This document shows, piece by piece, positions 13,677 to 26,869 of a stretch of DNA of 64,000 bases. Numbering within the stretch: the stretch's first letter is position 1; each line of letters begins with the position of its first letter. The translations under genes were made by a program, and so were the position numbers. The notes under the pieces were generated by a model that made no database searches, was not told where the DNA came from, and saw nothing but the letters and a program-made list of their open reading frames with translations. Origin of the DNA: Phoronis australis (taxonomy: Eukaryota; Animalia; Phoronida); assembly GCA_002633005.1 (NCBI GenBank), contig NMRA01000420.1:208318-272317 (forward strand), read 5' to 3'.

Positions 13677-15118
13677 GGTGCTGTTAAATAAGAACGCACA
13701 CCGCCATCACAAATAGCCAATTCCGCCAGTCTGACCCGTGCATGTCAAAGAATAGACTTTCATTCATACGGGAGTACCAGTGATAAATAAATAAAAGAAC
13801 TTTTCTTTCTGACAACTGTTGACCTATAATCGACGTTGAAATGAATTTGAAAAGATTACATTTGTCGCGTTCATGTAAAATATACGTCATTAATGTTAAT
13901 TCATTACCAAACAAAACGCAATAGGTTCATGTTGTAGCGTCATATATCATATGCATTATACACATGAATACAGTGATAGCGATTTTTGAATTTTTTTTTG
14001 TAATTGCCAGTCGAAGGAGGCAAGTTGGCCTGCAACTTCGGTTATTAATCAACAATTGTCCGCCAGAAAAGAATCATGTTTTTCAGTTATTAATACCGAA
14101 GTACAATACAAAATGCTTTAGATTGTATTCTTGAGGAAAAAATATGTTATACTTTTGTCACTTTACCAACATTGAGTATACATGTATCGTTACACGTGTG
14201 TCCTTCTTATTCCGATTGTAGTGTATGTCAGCCTCTCAATATTGTCCTTGAGTCACATGTTTTGGTCGTGCAATGCTTTACATATATCGTTGATGCTTAG
14301 TTGGAAGTTGTATCTACAGTCCTTGTGAAAATAATTGATGAACCATTTTTTTCTGAATTTCTTTCTACACAACTTGCTTCCTGAATGAACTTGGCTTCTG
14401 CCATGTTTTCCCGCGATTTTCCATTAGCTGGTCCCGTGTTGCATTTTTCTGGTTTTGCTCGAATTTTCAGCGTTTTTCACCGAATCTGGGGCAAGTGTTC
14501 TCCTGTCCCCGAAGGCAAATCCGGGAGACTGCCGATAAGTCCTGTAAAACATTTCGTCTGTGTCGCCTACGTTATATGTCTCTAACAAAAATGGATGGTG
14601 ACAATATTATGAAAGTACAGAGAAGTACGCATTTTTACCTACGCCAACAAATGTGCTAGAGGCCTTTATAGCTCAGACGTAATATTTTGAAGACTCTGGG
14701 CACGTACATGTAACCTTCGGCAACAATCCATTTTCTCGTTAACCGCACTGTCCTCCTAGTTTCGAAATTATTATTTTCTCACGAGTTCGTGGGAAATAAC
14801 GTTCGAAATTGTGTTCACGAGCAAAGTGCGATGTTGGTGCGGTTGTCCAGTTTTTACAATGTAGACCAGTCAATTTCATACAAAACATTAAGAATGTCAT
14901 GTGGTTACACGAAGCAATTTTTAATTGTAATAACGTTTTGCGCTAACGGCGCATATCTAGATGTTGACTCACAATGGGGGAGCTGCGCGTGCTTTTACGA
15001 AGCACTGCTTGCGCTGTTTGAGTTGTTTCTAATTAATGGATTGAATTGGCATTAAAACAATTGAGGTAAGTGTTGGGAAGTCTGGAAGGTGAAACAGCGT
15101 GTTACAAGACAACCCACT

Positions 15119-15558
15119 TGACAGCGGTATCATTAACTTCTTCACCTGGTCTACTCGTCGCGCTTTGACAGCTGCTTCATTCTCGAAGCTGCAATGAATT
15201 GATTAAAAAGTTACATTAGCCCACATCGAAATGTGATCTTTATTAAAACTGTCAAGTTTAGCCAGCATGATGGATGCGTGTTTCATTACCGTGGTGTGGT
15301 CATCTGAACAAGTCAACCAATCAGATGCTCCCGTCTAAACCAGCCTGGCAAGGAAGTGGAAGATTGATGGAGCTCAGGTCACAAGTGAAATTTCAGCCAA
15401 TCAAACCTTTTCCTTGTAAAACATATGAATTTCATTGACAGCATCATCAAAGGTTTAAGCAGTAATTTAAGATTGATTTATGTGGATAAGAAACACCTCT
15501 CAGTTTAACAACAGTGGTATTATCGAGATCCATGTCTATTTAGCGCATACCACTGTCA
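15119..15558 (+). promoter_or_regulatory. Gbx proximal regulatory region with clustered TALE, Pbx-Hox, TCF and CCAAT motifs
   Basis: TGACAG/CTGTCA at 15119, 15166, 15249, 15436, 15553; TGATGGAT 15268; TGATTTAT 15474; ATCAAAG 15446; CCAATC near 15317 and 15397. Confidence 0.45.
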
Positions 15559-15689
15559 GTCAAAGCCACTAAACATATCGCTTACACATTTAATGGGATA
15601 GAAAGTGAAGCAGCCAAGGGGCCAATGTCAAGAATCGGCATGTTCGTTGCGGGTTTCAGTACTATCATCGTGCGTGCGTGTTTACATAT

Positions 15690-16239
15690 ATGATGCAGAA
15701 GGGGCTCAGTGATTTCTCTATTGAGTCCCTCATAGCTCCGTCAGTAGGACATGCGTTGAACCAAGTTGTCCCTGGAAATATCACAGACCCAACGGCGCTA
15801 CATGCTATATCCGTTCACACACGAGGAGTGCCGGGCATATTGTTGGCACAGAACGCTGGTTTTATTCCATCGCACAATGAATTTCTCGTAACTAATGTCC
15901 AGTCGGCGTCTGGGTCTTGTTCCAGTAACTTTTTCCATTCCGCCTCATGTTTTGTGGATCGAGATCGGCAGCATTTGCCCACAATCTTAGGCAACAGCAC
16001 CCAAACAACGAGCAGTCTTGTGACCCCTTTGAGCTATGCAGCACTCCCGGGCAGCCTGTCTTCAGTCACAACGCCTCCAGGCTCGCAGATGAATTGGCAC
16101 AATCCCATGACTTGTGCTAATGCTCCGATGCAATTGTTACCGCGCGTGACGCGGACTTCTCCAGATTCGACACTTGTACACCAACGCATTGTCGTTACGC
16201 CTACAAATGATGTCGGAACTGCACATAAAGATAGCTCAG
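15690..16239 (+). CDS. Gbx: Gbx homeobox protein, coding exon 1
   Basis: First in-frame ATG after a TGA at 15606; eh1 motif FSIESLI; phase-1 donor CAG|GTTTGT at 16239/16240 that fits exon 2. Confidence 0.85.
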
Positions 16240-16745
16240 GTTTGTTTTTAAATGGCAACTTTTTGTTCCTGAAGTATTATTTCATGGCAATCAGTTTGGT
16301 GTTCCTTTGAAAAGTGCGGTTTGAGCATGTGTGGTTTTTGTTTCAACTAATGTCAGCTAAGTGATCATACCTCAAATCATAAAACAGTGGCGTGTAAGAC
16401 TTGATTCGTGGACTGCGATTGTTACGACAGTGTTTTAAGTTTCATGCGCGCTCTATAAATACGGAATTGGTTAGTTTTTGTAATCAAAATCGTAAGCATC
16501 CATGGATTAAGGGAATTTTTCAAAACCTATCCCACTACAAACAATTCCCAGGATAGCTGTAGAAAACACATAGTACAGGGCGTGATCAAACTCCCAGGCG
16601 CGGATTCAGTATTGTGGCCAGAGGGCCAAACAGTGGACTAACATCAACACCACAAAAAGTGGCAGGGTAGTGGATTCTCTACCGAATTCTCGTCTGGGAA
16701 TTCATCACGTGATTTTAGTCTATTTGGTTCACTTATTTTCTCCAG

Positions 16746-17072
16746 GGGATGCGGTGAGTAGCCAGGATTTGTCGCCGACTCACAGGGTTAGAATATCATC
16801 AGTCACGACCAACGGCGAGGAGAGTGACGTTAACTCAGTCTCTGTCGATTCTGGAGGTGTGTTGAGTGACACATCACAGGAATGCAAAAGTCGCCGACGA
16901 CGCACTGCGTTCACCAGCGACCAACTTTTGGAACTGGAGAAAGAATTTCACAGCAAGAAATACTTGTCCTTAACGGAACGTTCACACATAGCTAGAACAT
17001 TGAAACTGAGCGAAGTTCAAATAAAAATATGGTTCCAAAATCGACGAGCCAAGTGGAAACGTGTCAAAGCGG
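16746..17072 (+). CDS. Gbx: Gbx exon 2 (homeodomain), copy A
   Basis: Acceptor TTATTTTCTCCAG; [63 protein letters not shown] is Gbx/unplugged class; donor G|GTAAGG. Confidence 0.93.
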
Positions 17073-17210
17073 GTAAGGTATATGGATACGTAATCACAAA
17101 GCTTTGACAATTACAGNCAAAAAGTGGCCGAGTAGTGGATTCTCTACCGAATTCTCGTCTGGGAATTCATCACGTGATTTTAGTCTATTTGGTTCACTTA
17201 TTTTCTCCAG

Positions 17211-17537
17211 GGGATGCGGTGAGTAGCCAGGATTTGTCGCCGACTCACAGGGTTAGAATATCATCAGGCACGACCAACGGCGAGGAGAGTGACGTTAACT
17301 CAGTCTCTGTCGATTCTGGAGGTGTGTTGAGTGACACATCACAGGAATGCAAAAGTCGCCGACGACGCACTGCGTTCACCAGCGACCAACTTTTGGAACT
17401 GGAGAAAGAATTTCACAGCAAGAAATACTTGTCCTTAACGGAACGTTCACACATAGCTAGAACATTGAAACTGAGCGAAGTTCAAATAAAAATATGGTTC
17501 CAAAATCGACGAGCCAAGTGGAAACGTGTCAAAGCGG
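17211..17537 (+). CDS. Gbx: Gbx exon 2 (homeodomain), copy B; probably an allelic/assembly duplicate
   Basis: Identical to copy A except one V/G codon; the duplicated block 16653-17116 / 17118-17581 is joined by a single N at 17117. Confidence 0.75.
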
Positions 17538-18697
17538 GTAAGGTATATGGATACGTAATCACAAAGCTTTGACAATTACAGTACCATGCAGATGTTATTC
17601 CATCTACTGTGTTCGGAAGTTCCGCATTCTTATGCTTAGTATCACTGAGGAATTTATGCGCTATCCTTTAAACAGTCAGACTTCAAAAACAAACCCCACG
17701 TGTGACTTTTCCTTCTCCGCTCAAAGCATACTACCTGTCAGAACATCATTAAAGAAACGACCTTGCCATTGTTGACTACTTAAAGTGTCAGTGGCAAATA
17801 ACTGGTCCTGTTTTATAAAAACCAGCAGTTCAAAAAAACGTTGCAACTGTGGCTTCGTAAACACTTTCAACGGCCAACTTGTTCCGTCACAAGTTCAGTG
17901 ACTGTGTCAACAACATCGCTAGTGTTGAGACTGATTATTGATGGAACAGGTGTTCTGAGCTTTTATTGCTTTCTGCTCAGTAGCAATAATGCTATTCTTG
18001 GAAAGTTTTATGTTAAAGCTGCCTGTCCGTTTTACACATATATTAGAGCGCTGTTATGAAGTGAAGCCTGAAAAGGGCTGGAGAGTTTGAGAGTGATAGA
18101 TTTTGAACCTTAATTCACTTACTGTGGCGCTACGCGATCTGGCTTGGGCGAAATTTAGTTTCAACCCACCTGTAGAAACGTTTTTGATACATTTCATGGC
18201 TAGGTAACGTAGTTTAAGCCTCGTGCAGTGCTCATGTTTTGTTGGCCAACCCCTTGTTTTGATGTTTAATACGTCGAGTACCTAGTATACGTCATAAAAC
18301 CATGGACCGAATGGTATTTGGATGTTTCAATGGGAAGAGTCGCCGCTGTTTAATCTGGTTTATTCCGTTTTGAAATAAACAATTTTGGTTCGACTCATTC
18401 GGGAATTTGCAGTCATGCTCCTTTAACAACTGAAATACTAACCAAGAGGAACCAGGGCCTAATCTCGTAACTCGGACTCAAACTCGAAACTTGATTAATC
18501 TGGCGCTTACAAATTTGTAAGTTTGTTGGCCAATCGGAGTCGTAGACCCCGGTCCCAGGTCACGTGGGTGGAGACAAATCTACCTATTCTGGATGACATT
18601 AATTATGCTTTAAGAAATTAGCACATCCACTCAAGCACGGCACTGCTTCTTCATAGCCAGATTTACAAAACACATTATACATTCATTCTTGTTTTAG

Positions 18698-18858
18698 GCA
18701 TCGCTCACGCGAGATCTCACGAACAAAGTAGCTGTCACAGTCCGCCGAACCACGTGTCCAAAATCGTCGTACCCATCCCAGTGCACGTAAGTCGCGTGGC
18801 TGTGAGGTCGCAACATCAACAAATGGAAAAGTCTTGTATCCGCCAGGTAGCGCTGTGA
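18698..18858 (+). CDS. Gbx: Gbx exon 3 (C-terminus); not in the ORF track
   Basis: Acceptor TTCTTGTTTTAG, phase 1; reads GIAHARSHEQSSCHSPPNHVSKIVVPIPVHVSRVAVRSQHQQMEKSCIRQVAL*, containing the conserved Gbx motif KIVVPIPVHV.R...RSQHQQ. Confidence 0.93.
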
Positions 18859-19083
18859 ATTGCAATCACCCAAGAGGTTATCAGTTGGTGATGTCCACAC
18901 ATGATGGAGAATGCATTCCATTTCAACCTGGGAAACGCAGTTTCGACATCCGGTGTAGGCTAAGACGGGTGTGCGCCACCTGAGTACTCTGTTGCAAGAC
19001 GCCTTGGCCGTGGCCATGTGACTGGAAATCCCGGGTCCTCTGCCACATGTCTCACCTGGGTGACACCTAATCTACGTTGTTAC

Positions 19084-19275
19084 CAGTAGCGTGCATTGAG
19101 AGGTTTGGTGATGCCGAGGTGATTTTTAATTGGATGTCGTTCTCTCTACTGAAATAGAATGGACCCTACTACTAAAAAAGTTAAAAAAGATGAAACGTAA
19201 AATAGAAACTTTATTCCATTTAAATACAAATCAGCCGGCGCACCCTGGACCCCAACTTCCTTATGTACGCTACTG
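19084..19275. mobile_element. hAT-like MITE downstream of the Gbx stop
   Basis: TIR CAGTAGCGTGCAT / ATGTACGCTACTG; imperfect 8-bp flanks GTTGTTAC / GTTATGAC. Confidence 0.55.
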
Positions 19276-20064
19276 GTTATGACCTCTTACTGAGTTTAAC
19301 GGGACGTACATTGACCCCTTTGCCCCCCTCTAAATGCGCCACTGTGGATTACATTTCATGAGTCATGAGTGCCGTTCTTTGAGGCCCGGATGTCGACGCA
19401 GACTCTTGTGACCTGATTACAAGTTACGAGTTGTCATCTCAAAACGACTGATGTGAAAACCGAGCGTTTGACGCATCACTGGCAAAGTCACTGGGAAGAC
19501 GACGAGTCAGTAATGTATAGCTTCTCAACTTTTTACATACAGTGTATTCGTTTGCTTGATTGGTAAAATTGTGTGTATATGTATGTACTTATGCCCATTT
19601 AATAAATAATGACATAATGACTATTTATCTCTTAATACAAGCTCCATCAGTAAATAGCTGAGTACCTACATAGTTATTCCCTGGCAGTGAGAAACTAAGT
19701 ATATGGCGGAAAAATGTGATGACATGTTGCGATGTTCTAAAGCTCGTTGCATAGGGATGGTCGACTACAAACCCAAAGAAAGTTTAATATTTTCACCAAG
19801 TTTGTTTTGTGCGTATTGTAGAGTTCATTGCTCAATATGTAGAGGATTAAGTATCCTCGGCATTTATTTCTCGTACCTAGACTCCTGGTGGGACTCGGAA
19901 GAATCACCCCCCAAATCCCAGCCGGAGTCAAGGTACGAGAAATAACAGCCTTGCCAACTCATGTAATAATCTGTTAAACACATGTCAATACAACAGTTTC
20001 CGTCGAGAATTTCTTGTTCTGTTCGGTCACTTAGGCCTATTATGATTATAATTTATAATTAGTA

Positions 20065-20300
20065 ATGCGCGCATCCAGGAGGTGGCTCGAGGGGCTCGAA
20101 CGAGCCCCTCTATTTCGCGAAGTGGGCAAAAAAGTCCGCCTCAGAGAAACAAAAACTCGGAAAAATTAAGAAACGAGACAAAAGTCCACTGAAAAGACAG
20201 GAACTTCCTAAATTCGACGAATGCATAATCACAGCTTTCCACGTACCCCGTTTTTGCCAGGTCCACATTCCCAAAAATTCGAGCCCCACACTTTTTAGCG
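20065..20300. mobile_element. MITE remnant, same family as 46961-47189
   Basis: Shares ATGCGCGCA.CC end, GCGAAGTGGGCAAAA, GACAAAAGTCCA and AATTCGAGCCCC with the 46961 copy. Confidence 0.55.
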
Positions 20301-22379
20301 TGATGTCCAGCTGGTCTTCACAGATTAGTGTATCTGCACTCCTAATTACTGGAATCTGGTGGCTATTCTGATGTTTGCTCCTTAATGTCAGACACTTCAC
20401 CGGAAATCCGATATGTTCGAGAGCTTCACAAGTCGAACTGATAAGAATTTGTTTGTTGCTATATTACGTAATAAATTCAAATCTGAATGAAATTCAACGT
20501 GAAAAATATTTTTACTGAAAATTATACATTGATGATTCGAACCGTCCCTTACAAATTTTATTTAGCGCGTACTGCTTCAACGTCATGTCTTGTGGCATGC
20601 CATACAATCTTGGATGTTGGTTGTGGTCTGTGCACTTTTGATGAGTCAGACACGCGGAGAAAACCGCATGGCGAGTTGCACCGACTTCTGGTGTCAATTA
20701 ACTGTGTATATGTTACTGTAAAAATAAACAAAATAAACAATGAAGACAAGGATAGAGCTAATTTCGTATATTACTGGAGCCGTCGATGGATCGAAGGGGC
20801 TGCGCTGCTAATGAGCTAGGCGTGTACCGTGCTCCGACATTACCGCCAATCATGGTTCGTTGAATCACGCCCCCTCCAGCATCAGATTTTTTCAAAAGGC
20901 TACAGTGAATCCAGTCTAGTTGCTGTGTAGACGAAGAACTGTTCCGCCACTTTATCAAGACGTTGGTTTCACTTTTGGAGTAACGCTTGCAGCACTCGGT
21001 ACTTAGTCAAGTGAACACGTTGCGGCGAGAGTCCAATTGAGAAACTCTACCTGTCCGTGTCACTGACAATCACACAATACTAATGGGTATTGAGGTTGAC
21101 GGCGGCATTTGTGTTTTTCGTATACGTCACATCACCTAGCGATATGGGCTACAGGGGCAGGCTATGACCTACGACTGCAATAAAATTGCATCTGTTTCAC
21201 GACTGAAAAAATCTTTAATGGAATTTCCTAAGCTTCTGTGTAGTCTTAAGTGATGTTATAACTGTCTTAATGTTAATTCAGATTAGACTAAGAAATTGAA
21301 CCTGAATCCACAACGCTGTTTTCTAATTTATTTGGACAAAAACTGCCAAAAACATAGACAATAAACCGGTTGAACAAATGGTTCCTAGTAAATTTGAGCC
21401 AAATGGCCCCATGTAAATTTGGCTCTGCTCAAACCAAATTTCAAGAACATTTGTCAAATTTCAAAAAAATGCGATAGTCAATTTTCAAAATAAGAATTAC
21501 GAGTACCAGATATTGTGATTCAACCCTGCGGTAAATCGACAGCCTTAGCGGCCCATGCTGCCATGGCAACCCATGCTCCCTTGGAGGTTCAAGCTGTAAC
21601 GGCCATTGAAACTAGTTCATCGTGACCAGCACGTCTGGTCTGAACTCAGATGTGTGAAGCAATTCTTCTCAAGCCTGTATTTTTTTCTAATCTGAATAAG
21701 GAACTCCACCGGATCGATTTTATGACAATACCTGGTCAAAATGGAAAGTCAAAATTTGTTTTGATAAAGGAGCTGGTTAATTCCCCCCTTTAACAGGCGC
21801 GTTTCCAAATTATCAACAAAATGCGCGCAGCAGTACGCCATCATCCATGGTGTGCGTGGTTTTATGTATCTTCGTGGTTATGTCCACCGCAGAGTCTGTA
21901 AAAGTGATATGCTTACCGATAAAGTGGGGAAGCTTGGTTGATTTTAATGCATCTACGATTTCAAACAATCAATTTTAATATTTCAAAAGATTACATTACT
22001 TCGGGATTTTATAGACGCTAATGGCTTATTAATTACAACAGTTGTTGGCGTAATTATTGTATAGTGATAGTGATAGTCACTCGAGGCAAGTAAAGCGCGC
22101 ACTCCGCTCTCTTTGTTAGGAAAGCGTCTCTCGCCATCATAGAATACCCGTGGAACAGTTGGTCTCCAGTTGTGACTTTGTAGTTCGAACAAATTCCTGA
22201 AGGTAGCGTGCAGTATAACGAACCATTCTTACCATTTCTTCAAGTTCCTGTCATAAATACGTCACTGCCTGACCTAATTTACGACGGTATTATGCAAATT
22301 CACTATTTTCAAACCTCAACTTGTCAACTTCTATTTGAGCTTCTGCCTTCCGGTGTATGGAATACACTTCACCAAAAAC

Positions 22380-22551
22380 GTTGTTGTTGTTGTTATTGTT
22401 GTTGCTGTTGTTGTTATTGTTGTTGTTGTTGCTGTTGTTGTTATTGTTGTTGTTATTGTTGTTGCTGTTGTTGTTATTGTTATTGTTGTTGCTGTTGTTG
22501 TTATTGTTGTTGTTATTGTTGTTGCTGTTGTTGTTCTTGTTGTTGTTGTCG
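22380..22551. repeat. Interrupted (GTT)n microsatellite
   Basis: GTT run with regularly spaced ATT and GCT variants; explains the poly-C/L/V/N/T ORFs in the track. Confidence 0.95.
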
Positions 22552-25500
22552 TCAACACCCACCAATATGTGCGCTAATTATCTCTCATTCTCAGAAATTC
22601 GACCTATGGTAAATTCTAATCGTGGCGTAAAATGGTCGAATTTATTACACCATTCACTTCACAATACTTTTTTGCTGGCCCGACTAACTTAGTTCGATTC
22701 ATTTCCAAACCTGTGGAGTATTATTTCACTTTTTCTCCGCGGTGTATAATCGCACTTGTAGTAGAAACGGGTTGACTGACATACATGATAATGACGTCAA
22801 TATAATTCAATGGCCTCTATTACCTTTGTACATTTGTTGACAGTATGTAAGGTTGAAGCATATAGGGCATCTCGACACATTACTTGATCATTGGAAACAA
22901 CAAAACCGAACCAAAACCCATTTAAGTGTTTAAATGAATTAGAAAAAATCCCACACTGTCTACATGAGAAAAACGCGTCACCTTCGCAACTGACCTGTAT
23001 CTTCGTGTTATTGCAGCCTTCATAGCTGAATATAAAACGAAATAGTTGATAAAATGACATTTTTGTTACGCGTGAAGATGTTTGCGCATTGTGAAGCAAT
23101 CGCCACTGTACGGAAACTACGGTTACGTGCAGATGATTTTATTTGAAAACCATGTCGCTAACACGCAGTATAGTTGGCCGTACAAGCATGAGCAAATTGT
23201 AATGTGCTACAACGCGGCGTTGGAAACCAAATCAAAAGCCGACACAGAAGAAGGACAAGTTCTCCTATTTTTAAGAGAAATTCCCTATAAATCTCTGGTC
23301 TGAGAAAACTGGATAACATATCGTAGTTGATAATTCCAAACTCCAGAGAATGAGGAACGCGTTTTCAGTAATACCGTCGGTAATATGCAGTTAACTCTCC
23401 TATCTGGAAATTTGCCTTTAGTTATTATCTTTATAATCGCTTGAATCAAAAACAAACACAGTTTAAAAATAACCTTGCCAAGAAAATGTCTCCTACTGTA
23501 AACAGTGGCCTGCTTTTGTAATTCTTTAATTGTTATTGACAACCATAATTACTGAGTCAAGCTAACGCAGTACCAGCCCTTGAGCTTCTGTCGCGTCATT
23601 TTGAATAAGGCGTGACGAAAGACTGAAAACCTGTTCGTGAGCGAGCTGAAACATTCACCCCCTGTCGTCAAAAATACTGAACTATAACATCTTAGTTGTC
23701 GTCACTAAATTTGGAACGCCTAAGGTATTAAAGCTTCTTATTGAAATTGGGTAAACGCAAGTATGGCTAATTTACCGACCACCCAACGAAGAAGTAGATG
23801 AACATGTACAGCAGCGAGTTATGCACGAAATTTCAGTTGGGATGACTCTATATCTTCCCATTTTTATTTGACATATCGTCGCCCTTTGGCCGGAAATCCG
23901 CATAATGGTACGATCGATATGTGAACAAACGAGCAAGAGAAGAAGCAATCTAGATCGGATAGTCCATGCATCTACGATACTTCACGCTTCACTTTGATAA
24001 AGCGTATCGAACCAACTTTAATGCAAACCAGTTTATTCAAAATCATTCGCATACGCTCTCGTGTCCGTCAAAACTATTTTGTTCAAAATATATCAAATTT
24101 CATGAACAACATTTAAGTTGATTTTCTGAATTTCTGGCACTGCACAATAAATTCGCCGCCACTGGTGGATGACATTAACTTCACATTTCAAAAACTTAAA
24201 AAATAAAACAAAAACGTAGTCTTCTGCAGATTGATTTGAAATTTCGTGATGACTGTGTAGCCCTATTATGCACTTGATGGCCTCAACATTAAAGCTATAA
24301 ATTCGATTCTGAACTCGAAATCTCGAGGTTTTACTCGAAATCTCAACTTTTCACTCAAACTGTGTCTTCAGGGTTCGATTATGCACTCGTTTGCGTAATC
24401 CGTAAAATACCGGTACTCAACCACAGAATAACAGATAATTCTCTTGAGTTCGTATAAAGGAGAAAGAAATTTTTCAAGAGTATTTTCGAGTTCGATTTCG
24501 AGTGAATAGATTAGACCCCTGGCGATGAACCCGTGTTACCGCGCATCTTGAGTACAAGCCTCAACATCATGATAAGTGTTGCACCTTTTCACACATTTTA
24601 CCATGTATTGCATACCTTTCGCAAGTCACACATAAAACATCCGGGACATAGACTCTAATTGGAATCCCGGAGGCATGATTGTTGTAAGCTCGACAATCAA
24701 CGCCCGTGGCGGATCACTGGGAATTTATGACCCAGACCAGTTTCGTACAACAGCATTTCTTGCAGTCTCCCCTTTGTGGATGCTATGACAGCTCGATTTT
24801 CAACAGTATACATTCGACATCCCGCTTTCTATTACTTCATTTCACAAACAAAAACGACGTTGTTGGGTTTTGCATGCTGCTACATGTACGTCTGTGTTTT
24901 CATTCGGAGCCAAAATATTGCCTTATGTCTTAGTTGGCTCAGGGCAAAATGATCAGCACTTACTGCAAAAGAGCAGGCAAAGTAAAACAGAACCGTACAG
25001 AATGGATGTTTTTCATATTTTCAGAAAGATGAGTTTACCAATTAAGACATGACTAAAGCGGTCCTGCTGCCAGCTCATAAAGAACGGAAATCAAATTAGG
25101 ACTTCAGTGCTTTGCGGACAAAATCGGACTCTATAATACCAGGTCAGTCGCAAATATCAAAATCAGTATTTCTTCACATTTATTCACTGAATTAAGAGGA
25201 TAGTTCCTCCATCGCCCGGCCCGGCTTGGACTCACCGCTGTCGGCCATTTGAATCTCCCCTACAATCCACTCGTAACTCACACTAATAGACAAGAGCCGC
25301 TCACTCCATGCATGTCCGCAATACTTAAGTAGGCCTACCATGTTGGAGTGGTCAGAGAGTCAGTGAACTTGTGCCATAACGTCCGTGGGCCCTGTTTGCA
25401 AGTGAACGAACGTTTGATAGTGCGCAGCCGTGTATTGTTTCAGTAGACTGGATGCCCGGGAGCCGGCTACCGGGGTGCACTCTGTTGGAAAATTAAAATA

Positions 25501-26520
25501 CACGCCTATTTCCAGATTTGACTAGATAAATGACCCGTTTTTAGTGTAGGGAGTTTCCATCACCCTTTCATTGGTCTTTGCTTCAAAAAACGCTGCCATT
25601 TTGTAAGGGTTAATTCTGTCAACCTACCTCTTTCCGTGAGCGCTGAAAGCGGAAAGTTTATCCCAGTACAAGAAGGGGTGTCAGATGAGGGCTTGCCTCG
25701 GTTGCAAAAAAACTTCAAAATATCAGAAATTATTCAAGATCGTTCTCAATATTTGTGTAGGCTTCGTTAGTTGGAAAAGAAAACGTTTCTAGAGTTTTTA
25801 ACAAGCCCCAAAAGAAATCCTGTGAGGGAATTTTGTCACGGCAACCCCGGTTTTGTAAAGAAACTGGTCTTGAAAACAGCCAAACGAGGGCGGTACGGTC
25901 AATCCTCCTCTACTAGATGCGTTTTGCTCAAAATGTTTTATTGAACGCTCCCTTGTAATATGCTTCGGGGCGAACAATACTCAAGTTAATTAAAAACCGC
26001 GAACAGATCATTATTAGTGTTATCTCACGCGGCTGTCCACTTAATTAGTTCACCATGGACTGTGAGCTGTCTATTTGGTCGTTTTTGAAAAATTACCACA
26101 CACCTGAAAACTGTCTTGTCACAGAGCTTGTAAGCAATTGAAAAACTGATTAAATTAAACAACTTCCTCCTTTTAAAATTACGGCCACCGCGTTCGGCCG
26201 GACTATTTCAAGAACATCATCATTTAGGACAACTGTTTAAAAGATCCCAGTTTTTTTAGTTTTTAACTATTTTAATGTTTTCCAACGTCAGTTTTATGGA
26301 AACAAATGACTTGAGCCTGAGCGAGCCTCATCGAGTCGTGACTGCTTCACTGGACAGCCAGCTATGAATACGATAGTGGGAGAACACGTCTAAATTTGAC
26401 TACAGGCTTCAACGATCAAAATCTATTTAAATTGAATTAACATTGCCGTGTAATTGAGTAGGCGAGGTACATAGTCTGCTGCGGTTCGGTCGACCATGGC
26501 GACCAATTAACCAGCGGCTC

Positions 26521-26718
26521 TCAGACCGTTTCTTCGGGTTCGTCTTCTGGTAAGTCACTCGTGCAATTTGGTGGCGCCGGGATCGACGGCCTTGGAGATG
26601 GACTACGGATAACTAGCTGAGGAAACTCTTCACCTAACTCCCCGTCGCCCTCCTTGACCGCCGTTTCTGTGCCTCCTTTTTTAGACGGTTCCGCTTTCTT
26701 CTTGCAGCAGTTCCCCAT
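26521..26718 (-). CDS. Candidate 65-aa N-myristoylated/palmitoylated microprotein
   Basis: MGNCCKKKAEPSKK...PSPRPSIPAPP...PEDEPEETV*: Gly2, Cys4/Cys5 and a basic cluster; A at -3 and G at +4 around the ATG; GC-richer than its flanks; divergent from DNAJC9. Confidence 0.6.
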   Translation of the reverse strand: MGNCCKKKAEPSKKGGTETAVKEGDGELGEEFPQLVIRSPSPRPSIPAPPNCTSDLPEDEPEETV

Positions 26719-26869
26719 ACTTTTAATTTTAGTCAAACTGTCACTTTACAGATGTCTTTCTCTCATCTCATTTGAATTCAGAAACACTGTGTACAATAAC
26801 TACTTGTGACATTAATTTGATCTGATTAATTGTTCATTTTTCCTAATAAGACTACCTTCCGTCAGTTAT

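Noticed and set aside
22208-22692. Poly-Cys/Leu/Val/Asn/Thr ORFs
   Set aside because: They are translations of the GTT microsatellite; no splice or domain support.
24880-25260. Minus-strand mini-exon ATG GCC GAC AGC G|GTGAGT with a strong acceptor near 24965
   Set aside because: The spliced frame stops after about 31 codons with no recognisable motif.
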